Assembly (NCBI RefSeq): GCF_006345805.1
Contig: NW_021828769.1
Coordinates: forward strand, 1-7,769
Source of the DNA: Octopus sinensis
Taxonomy: Eukaryota
DNA length: 7,769 bases
Reading direction: 5' to 3'
Below the pieces are notes generated by a model, which saw nothing but the letters and a program-made list of their open reading frames with translations, searched no databases and had not been told where the DNA came from. A program made the position numbers and the translations under genes. Positions within the stretch are counted from its first letter, which is position 1, and each line of letters begins with the position of its first letter. Positions 1 to 6,674 of this stretch are shown piece by piece.

Positions 1-51
1 TCATATATGGGAGACAAAATTTGTATATATAGGAGGAAAATGCAGGGAACC

Positions 52-175
52 GTATATGCACATACACACACCACACACACTCACATGTACATATATGTAT
101 ATATGTACACATACGTACACGTATGTGCACATACATACGCACACACACACACATACACATATACACGCACATATA
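52..175. repeat. Mixed (CA)n/(TA)n/(CATA)n alternating purine-pyrimidine repeat
   Basis: Directly visible; abuts the 3' end of the PLE. Confidence 0.9.
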
Positions 176-248
176 GGAAATCGGGATGTGCTGGAGCCGA
201 CAGTTGCACCGGGTGGGAGGAAATTGCATGGGGGAGTTGGTATAAGAC

Positions 249-680
249 CTAAGCATTGTAGTATTTGAAAGTATAATAAGTTTATGTATACAGGATGGTT
301 TGAACTCTGACCTTTTGTTAATAAGATTGTGTTTGTCTTTGAATTTCAAGATGTTCAGGAGTTCTACACACATAGTTGGCATCCTGCTCTATTATTTAAA
401 TAAGGTGCAGCTGATCCGATGATGGACCATCTGAGTTTGAAGCCTATGCATTTGTCTTTTAATTCCCTAATTCTTTTTAGAGAGGGAGGTGCTGTTAGCC
501 TTATGTCTGTGTCTCAGCGAGGACCGTGGTTGTAGTATCTGGATTTCCAGGAGGTTCAGCAACCAATATAGGTGAGTGTGTTTTAAACTGAGTACTCACC
601 TCACATGAGTATATACGTTTTTCGCCCTACATGCGCCCTGCAGCGGGCACTCTGATGCACATCTGCAGTTGCATTGCATG
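249..680 (-). pseudogene. Cys-rich linker plus GIY-YIG endonuclease domain of the PLE
   Basis: CNCRCASECPLQGAC (673-629); NV[I]YSCEV (~620-598); YIGC (570-559); TSWKSRYYNH; TSLSKRIRELKDKCIGFKLRWSII; CQLC (381-370); NLINKRSEF; CIH (292-284). Confidence 0.9.
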
Positions 681-1560
681 CATTATTCGGTCGTGTGTGC
701 TAATCCCAGGCGGAGGTGTTGCAATACGAGTGGGGGCGTTGGTATCCTCCTGGTTGTTGATGGGGTAGTATTCCTCTGTTGTGTTGGCGGGTGTTATTAC
801 TAACTGTTTGGGTAGTATGGCTGTCAGTCTGGTTATATTGTCTACTGTCTAGATGAGGGGGTCTGGGGTCGCTATGGTTTGCTCTTGATCTAGCTGTTCT
901 AATATTAATATAGTATGTAGTATGAGGCAGTCATGGTCTGGGGCAGGGAGAGTAGGAAATCCTAATAGTTTTGTTGCAGAAGATACTTCTATACTTGTGG
1001 GTGGGTGGGAGTTGTTGGAAATTATAGAGAATATTCTCTTACATAACTTACCCCTAACTGCTAAGTTGAAAGGTATGTTGAACCATATATATTTGCGTAA
1101 TCTACTATTATCCCTTCTATTTCTCCTAATAGGATCTATATTGCTCTCGTCGGGAGGGTTACTATTGTGTGCTATTCTATTAGTTCGCCTATTCCTATAC
1201 GTTGTTTGGAGTTTAAATTAGAATTATCGCTAGTGTGAGTTGAGTGCTGAGTTCGATTATAATTGGGAGTCTTATGACGACGGACGCTCCCGGGTGGTCT
1301 ACATATGATATTCTCTGGTTATACCCGGCACTATAGAGAGCCTGGTTGTAGGTTGTGCATGATTATTGAAAATTTCTCTATTAGAGGATAGTTTTGTCAG
1401 TCTGTCTGAGATGGCTTGGACCGTGGTGCTAATTAAAGGGGTGGATGGTTGGAAGAGGTATGGATGTATTTGGTAGTTTCTTCGGGTTTCCTATACGGGT
1501 GGTGAAGGTGCTTATTCAAATCTAACGTAACATCTAAGAAGTTTACTATTTTAGTATTGG

Positions 1561-1773
1561 TCAAAATTCTAGTTTAAGATTGAAGGATTTTAAAAAAAGC
1601 CTGATCTTTTTCCTAATTCTTTCTAGTTTACTCCTATTGTTGGTGGGGTATATGAAGAGAGCGTCGTCTCTGTATAGACCCCCTGAGATCGGTACCTCGG
1701 AGAAAAGCTTCTTGAGCAAGTAGGCCCCGACCAAGTCAGTCACCTGAGCTGAATCGCTCGAGCCCATAGCCAC
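1561..1773 (-). CDS. Open fragment of the PLE reverse transcriptase palm (motifs B and C)
   Basis: The ORF-track peptide contains MGSSDSAQVTDLVG and GLYRDDAL; TAC AGA GAC GAC occupies 1674-1663. It is a fragment of the pseudogene, not an independent gene. Confidence 0.9.
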   Translation of the reverse strand: MAMGSSDSAQVTDLVGAYLLKKLFSEVPISGGLYRDDALFIYPTNNRSKLERIRKKIRLFLKSFNLKLEF

Positions 1774-2416
1774 ATCGAAATTGTCGGGGGTATCGGATCT
1801 GGTCCAGAGTCTACCATCGAATTCTATTATGGTTTTTCTAGCTAATAGAATTATGTCAATTTTTTCTGTCTATGAGTGAAAGGTGGCGGGCAAAAATAAG
1901 GGATTTGTTAAGTAAGATGGGGGATTACTGGCGTAGTAGCTAGCTATGTCGAATTGGATGAAGAGTAGTCGGGCCTATTGGTGATAGTGTTAAACCATTC
2001 TAGCACATCGTCGGTGTTAATCCATAGTTGGAGTGAGATGTGGGGTTTGATGTGTGGGATCACCCTGTCCAGGATAGTCTTGCTAAGTCTGCCGATATCC
2101 GATTTAGTCGGACAGATTAATCGTACTACCTACACTATCTGGGAAGTCTTTCTTATGGTCTTTAATAGATTTTGGGTACTTGTGGTTTAATAGGTTCTGT
2201 TTGTCCAGGAGGTCTAATTTGCTCATAACTCCTTGATTTTGTAGTTAATTTCCTTAAGGTTATCCGTAGAAGTAGTTTTATACTTTTTGCTAAGTTCCCT
2301 CATGATGAGCGATTTGTAGGTTTGGTAGTCTAGCCTATACCAGTTCCCAGTCTTGTCGGCGGGTATGATAAGACTATCATCGTTCCTAAGTGAATGCAGG
2401 CAATCTTTAAGGCTCC

Positions 2417-2722
2417 TTAAGTGGGTGTTGGAAATGGTCTTATGTTTACTAATGTTGATGTTGGTAATGAGGTCGATAAGTCTTTTTCAAAATTTTCCAG
2501 TGCGTAGTTAGAGGGCGGGTTTCTTCTGCTTTTAAATATCTCCTGTGCTATTTCTTCTTGGTTAGAGTTGGGGTTGCTTTTCTCCGGGTTATCGAAATGG
2601 TAGGCCGCCCACCTGATTCTTCTAATAAAGTCTGTGGTCCGGTGGATGAGAGTCGTCGTGTAAGTTTTGTCGGAGTGGAGAGGTATGTCCTTGGGGGAGA
2701 AGTTTGTCCTTGGGTTCGTCAA
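2417..2722 (-). CDS. Open N-terminal fragment of the PLE ORF
   Basis: The peptide contains KDIP..Y, FIRRIRWAA and FKS..PP..L..FEKDL, typical of the N-terminus of this PLE type. The frame is lost near 2472. It starts at TTG with an in-frame TAG two codons upstream. Confidence 0.8.
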   Translation of the reverse strand: MTNPRTNFSPKDIPLHSDKTYTTTLIHRTTDFIRRIRWAAYHFDNPEKSNPNSNQEEIAQEIFKSRRNPPSNYALENFEKDLSTSLPTSTLVNIRPFPTPT

Positions 2723-2894
2723 GTACTAAAGGTTGTCGCGGTTACGTGGGATCAGATCCTAGTGACAACGTAGGTGAGTTGAGTATAGAATTTCGGGGTG
2801 AGTACTTGATAATTATAAGCACCTGTGTATACCGTTTGGTGGTGTAGGTGGTGGAGTAAATTGATCAAAATAAAATAAAAACATGATGCGAAGG

Positions 2895-2935
2895 ATTCAG
2901 CGGTACATATGTTTCGGGCCTTTATTAGACAGATT
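2895..2935 (-). ncRNA. Degenerate minimal type I hammerhead ribozyme in the PLE pseudo-LTR
   Basis: The minus strand reads CTAATAA-AGGCCC-GAAAC-ATAT-GTA (2928-2904) against the consensus CTGANGA-stemII-GAAAC-loop-GTH. ACATATGT is a perfect palindrome, as in dimer-forming PLE hammerheads. There are two core mismatches and stem I pairs poorly. Confidence 0.65.
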
Positions 2936-2966
2936 TATAACAATGCATAATGTATGTCTGTGGCCT

Positions 2967-3018
2967 TATGTATGTATGTATGTATGTATGTATGTATGTA
3001 TGTATGTATGTATGTATG
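2967..3018. repeat. (TATG)13 perfect tetranucleotide microsatellite
   Basis: 52 nt of uninterrupted TATG, abutting the 5' end of the PLE. Confidence 0.98.
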
Positions 3019-3114
3019 TGTATATTCATATATCTTTGTATATGCATTCATACATACACATAGGCACTTTACATTCAATAATATTTATTTATTCAAAATT
3101 AAAAGTGCAAATTC

Positions 3115-3199
3115 ATAATAACATTATGATAATAATAATAATGATGATGATGATGATGATGATGAAGATAATAATAATAATAATAATGATAATAATAAA

Positions 3200-3249
<50 letters not shown>

Positions 3250-3257
3250 TAGTAATT

Positions 3258-3312
<55 letters not shown>

Positions 3313-3328
3313 TAGTAATAATAATAAT
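3115..3328. repeat. Compound (AAT)n/(GAT)7 microsatellite; probable expanded (ATT)n tail of the adjacent minus-strand SINE
   Basis: Directly visible; (GAT)7 at 3143-3163; joins the SINE 3' end at ~3330. Confidence 0.95.
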
Positions 3329-3329
3329 T

Positions 3330-3467
3330 GGTTTTAGATTTTTGCACAAGGCTAGAGGGTTTGGCGAAGGGGTAAGTCGACTTCAGTGCTCGACTGATAC
3401 TTAATTTGTCGACCTCCGCGGAATTTGAACTCAGAACGTGAGGACGGACGAAATACCGTTATGCATT
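3330..3467 (-). mobile_element. tRNA-derived SINE, family B (Meta/MESC-like body), copy 1: 5'-truncated with two internal deletions
   Basis: Shares GCACAAGG, TACTTAATTT, GAATTTGAACTCAGAACGT and GAAATACCG with the in-window copies at 4640-4754 and 5283-5516. The B box (GAGTTCAAATTCC on minus) is present and the A box is lost. Confidence 0.88.
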
Positions 3468-3888
3468 CTGCTCAATACCACAGATTTCTTGTCAGTTGCT
3501 TGACCTTAAGCAGTTGAGCATGTCTCTTAGTGGCTGACGATATGTGCACTTCTGATCACAAGCAGGAGTATCAGGGGAACATCATAGTCACGTGTTGAGA
3601 GAAATTGTTTGGAGTTTAAATAATTCACATCTGGAAACATGGGTGCTTCGTTCAACATCCTTAAACAACTCTTATTCAGGTAACTTTTGTGCAGGATGGG
3701 GTTCACGATCTGAGAACTGGATCCCACCTGCAAGTTCATGCGCTGTTTATCTTTACATGAAACCATCATGTTGCGTACATATGGTTGTGATGCATGTGCC
3801 TATTGTACCCTTATCAAACGGGTAGTCATGATGTGTACGTTAGGTTTCTTATGTTTGTACCCCAGTGTACAATAGCATGCATTGTCTT
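3465..3888. mobile_element. Unclassified interspersed repeat remnant
   Basis: High-complexity block, less AT-rich than the flanking simple repeats, with no credible ORF. I recall a very similar sequence as a frequent octopus repeat adjoining (AAT)n, but this cannot be verified from the window. Confidence 0.5.
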
Positions 3889-3942
3889 TGGCTGTGTGGT
3901 AAGTAGCTTGCTTACCAACCACATGGTTCCGGGTTCAGTCCC
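3889..3942 (+). promoter_or_regulatory. RNA polymerase III internal promoter (A and B boxes) of SINE family A
   Basis: TGGCTGTGTGG and GGTTCAGTCCC with tRNA-like spacing (~32 nt). Confidence 0.75.
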
Positions 3943-4279
3943 ACTGCGTGGCACCTTGGGCAAGTGTCTTCAACTATAGCATCGGGCCGACCAAAACCTT
4001 GTGAGTGGATTTGGTAGACGGAAACTGAAAGAAGCCCGTCGTATATATGTATATATATATGTATGTGTGTGTATATGTTTGTGTGTCCGTGTTTGCCCAC
4101 TCCCCCAACATCGCTTGACAACTGATGCTGGTGTGTTTACGTCCCCGTAACTTAGCGGTTCGGCAAAAGAGACCGATAGAATAAGTATTAAGCTTACAAA
4201 GAATAAGTCCTGGGGTCGATTTGCTCGACTGAAGGCGTTGCTCTAGCATGGCCGCAGTCAAATGACTGAAACAAGATAA

Positions 4280-4280
<1 letters not shown>
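3889..4280 (+). mobile_element. tRNA-derived SINE, family A (CORE-like body, internal microsatellite, LINE-type 3' tail)
   Basis: A box TGGCTGTGTGG (3889-3899); B box GGTTCAGTCCC (3932-3942); CCTTGGGCAAGTGTCTT (3954-3970) resembling the CORE domain; internal (TA)/(TG) tract at 4042-4086; 3' end GCATGGCCGCAGTCAAATGACTGAAACAAG followed by an A-rich tail. Matches my recollection of an abundant octopus SINE. Confidence 0.9.
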
Positions 4281-4320
<40 letters not shown>

Positions 4321-4366
4321 GTACTAATAAAACAATAATAATAATAATAATAATAATATAATAATA

Positions 4367-4422
<56 letters not shown>

Positions 4423-4426
4423 TAAT
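4281..4426. repeat. Interrupted (AAT)n microsatellite; tail of SINE family A
   Basis: Directly visible; begins immediately after ACAAGATAAG. Confidence 0.95.
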
Positions 4427-4639
4427 GAGTGAAGAAGTGCAGGACCGTGTCTATTTTTTTCCTCCCCACATTATTAAATGTCATATCACTTTGAAGAAAT
4501 TATAAATAAATATTGAAAAATAATATTAGACTATAAAATTTATTTGTATATTAAACATACGTTATAATGCTAAATATTACAAGATTCACTTCTGTTTTAA
4601 ATGTCAACTTTCGTTTCTATATGTAAACAAAAAGTTTTT

Positions 4640-4754
4640 TCGAATAGATCGATCCAAGTATTTGATTGGTACTTAATTTATCGACCCCGAATGGATGAAA
4701 GGCAAAGTCGTTCTCGACGGAATCTGAACTCAGAACGTAACGACAGATGAAATA
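4640..4754 (-). mobile_element. SINE family B, copy 2, truncated at both ends
   Basis: TGGTACTTAATTTATCGACCCCGAATGGATGAAAGGCAAAGTCG..GAATCTGAACTCAGAACGT aligns with copies 1 and 3. Confidence 0.88.
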
Positions 4755-5025
4755 GCAAAATAGTAAATTGGGGTTCCATAGTTGTATTTTAAGGGTCTAT
4801 GAAAGATTTCCATTTAAATGTGAGTCCTGCAAGTAACTTCTGGGTTTCTTTCTCTATCATTTTACATAATTAATCCTACAAAAGTGAACGTGTGAAATAT
4901 AAAATGGGAATTGTGAAAGACGTTTCCATGAATCTAGTGTTTGAACATGGAATGGCTATACGGGTCCATCTGAATAAAATGGTAATCAAAGGGGTCCAAA
5001 TATAAAAATTTTTTGGGAATCCCAG
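4755..5025. mobile_element. MITE-like remnant A (probable non-autonomous hAT), left end missing
   Basis: 4828-5025 aligns with 5056-5267 (45 of the first 60 nt identical by hand). It ends in TTTGGGAATCCCAG, whose reverse complement resembles the hAT terminus CAGGGGTTCCCAAA. Confidence 0.6.
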
Positions 5026-5267
5026 CTTTAGATGATGTATGTATTGGTTATGTATTGCAAGAAACAGTTAGGTTTCTTTCCCTAACATTTTATAGGGTTC
5101 AACCTACACAATTGAATGTGTGGGAAACAAAATAGGAATTTTGAAAGAAGTTTCGATAAAACTAGTTTTTAAACATCGAGTGGATATAGGGGTCATAGGG
5201 GTCCACAAGAATAAAATAGTGAAAAAAGGGGTTCATAAATAAAAAAACAAATGGTTCAGAACCTTTG
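5026..5267. mobile_element. MITE-like remnant B (same family as A), left part missing
   Basis: Homologous to remnant A. It ends in ATGGTTCAGAACCTTTG, whose reverse complement resembles CAGTGGTTCTCAACC, followed by GCCTAGAC, which resembles a Charlie-type 8-bp target. Confidence 0.6.
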
Positions 5268-5282
5268 GCCTAGACTGACCAA

Positions 5283-5516
5283 ATAATTATTTCTACACTA
5301 GGCACAAGGGCTTGAAAATATTTTTTTATGGGGGGTGGAGATGGAGGTAGTCAATTACATCGACCCCAGTGCGTAATTGGTACTTATTTCATCAGCACCG
5401 AAAGGATGAAGGACAATGTAGACCACGAGGGAATTTGAACTCACAACGTAGTAGAAGACAAAATACCGCTGAACATTTCGCCCAGCGTGCTGACGATTCT
5501 GCCAACTCGATGACTT
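5283..5516 (-). mobile_element. SINE family B, copy 3, full length with target-site duplication
   Basis: A box TGGCAGAATCG (5504-5494); B box GAGTTCAAATTCC (5442-5430); body TTCATCCTTTCGG..AATAAGTACCA; flanked by the exact direct repeat TAGACTGACCAA at 5271-5282 and 5517-5528. Confidence 0.92.
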
Positions 5517-5546
5517 TAGACTGACCAATAATAAATAAATAAATGA

Positions 5547-5558
5547 ATATATATATAC

Positions 5559-5618
<60 letters not shown>

Positions 5619-5790
5619 ACACATATCTATTATATATATACTCATATACATATGCATAAAAATGTACACACACATGTAAGTGTATATATATACATATATA
5701 TATATGTGTGTGTGTATATAAGTATATATGCAAATATATGTTTATATTATATTATACATTATATATAAGTGAATATGCGTGTACGCATGT
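5547..5790. repeat. (TA)n microsatellite grading into a TA/CA/TG mosaic
   Basis: Directly visible; near-pure (TA)n at ~5547-5612. Confidence 0.95.
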
Positions 5791-6081
5791 AAAAGGCAAT
5801 CTCAGAGAAGATTCGTTATACGACGACAGCGTAGTAGCATATTTATTGTGAAATATGTAAAGGTAAAAAGCAAAAAGGAAAAAAAAAGAAAGAAAGAAAG
5901 AATAGAGAAACACAAAACTTGACGACATCATCCAAATTCTATCCCGCCATTATGATGTGCGTATATATACACAATGTCACCTTTAACATATCTCACCTTC
6001 GCAACACAATTAATATATCACTTCTTTCACATTTTAATGGAAAAGTAAAAAAAAAACTCCCAACTCCCAATAAACACAAGT

Positions 6082-6083
6082 AT

Positions 6084-6129
<46 letters not shown>

Positions 6130-6172
6130 TGTGCGTGTGTGTTTGTGTGTACGTGTGTTACTTATGTGTATG

Positions 6173-6204
<32 letters not shown>

Positions 6205-6306
6205 CCTCATATGTGTACATGCATGCATACACGTATATATATATATATGTATATATATGTATATGTATATATATATATATGTAATATATATATGTATATA
6301 TATATG

Positions 6307-6354
<48 letters not shown>

Positions 6355-6364
6355 TATGTATATA

Positions 6365-6415
<51 letters not shown>

Positions 6416-6516
6416 TCATATGTGTACATGCATGCATACACGTATATATATATATATGTATATATATGTATATGTATATATATATATGTATATATATATG
6501 TATATATATATGTATA

Positions 6517-6569
<53 letters not shown>

Positions 6570-6575
6570 TATGCA
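6082..6575. repeat. Long interrupted (TA)n array containing a ~209-bp tandem duplication
   Basis: CCTCATATGTGTACATGCATGCATACACGTA occurs identically at 6205-6235 and 6414-6444, followed by the same pattern of G interruptions. Confidence 0.93.
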
Positions 6576-6674
6576 TAGATACATGCATTGCTGTACGTAT
6601 AAACTTAATAAAACAGAAGCATTTATTAAGTATCCATTGGCGTAACGTATGAATTTACAATGGATCAACAGCAT

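Larger units (their letters stand above)
249..2722 (-). pseudogene. Disrupted single RT-endonuclease ORF of the PLE (at least a dozen frameshifts, no ATG start)
   Basis: Hand translation across frames: NFSPKDIPLHSDKTYTTTLIHRTTDFIRRIRWAAYHF; KSRRNPPSNYALENFEKDL; IIPADKTGNWY (DKT 2349-2357); IKDHKKDF..RLICPTKSDIGRLSKTILD; FIQFDIASYYAS (Asp 1948-1950); FDVAMGSSDSAQVTDLVG; GLYRDD (1663-1674); NFLDVTLDL; PYRKPEETTKYIHTSSNHP; RKYIWFNIPF..IFCNKTIRISYS; then the endonuclease. Probable stop TAG at 249-251. Confidence 0.92.
176..2966 (-). mobile_element. Penelope-like retroelement (RT + C-terminal GIY-YIG endonuclease), near full length, decayed; probably Hydra clade
   Basis: Ordered PLE motifs are recoverable on the minus strand from 2722 to ~249, with a hammerhead-like motif upstream at 2904-2928. 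Both ends abut simple repeats: (TATG)13 at 2967-3018 and a CA/TA/CATA mosaic at 52-175. Boundaries are approximate (+/-20 nt). The clade assignment rests on recalled motif descriptions. Confidence 0.93.

Noticed and set aside
556-558. In-frame TGA right after YIGC in the endonuclease, suggestive of selenocysteine as in some Naiad PLEs
   Set aside because: The spacing to WKSR is one codon short of the expected YIGxTExxF/WK pattern, so the TGA is better explained by small deletions in ACT GAA. The copy is riddled with indels, I saw no SECIS, and the domain order is not Naiad.
922-2773. Plus-strand ORFs 922-1221, 1978-2190 and 2558-2773
   Set aside because: They are antisense shadows of the PLE coding strand with no recognisable motifs.
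2758-2835. Possible pLTR intron on the minus strand (CTCAC branch-like motif, CTAG acceptor near 2760)
   Set aside because: PLE pLTRs can hold introns, but no convincing donor site is present and there is no transcript evidence.
3889-3960. tRNA gene
   Set aside because: It has A and B boxes but no complete cloverleaf, and it continues into a SINE body.
3527-4261. ORFs across the unclassified repeat and SINE family A
   Set aside because: They are short, have no domain similarity, and overlap non-coding repeats.
5790-6080. Unique island with an AAG/GTGAGA donor-like site and a pyrimidine tract on the minus strand
   Set aside because: The sites are not arranged as an exon and there is no ORF; such motifs are expected by chance in AT-rich DNA.
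4755-6500. CRISPR-like or other prokaryotic repeat-spacer array
   Set aside because: There are only two diverged units per repeat with no regular spacers, and the context is clearly eukaryotic.
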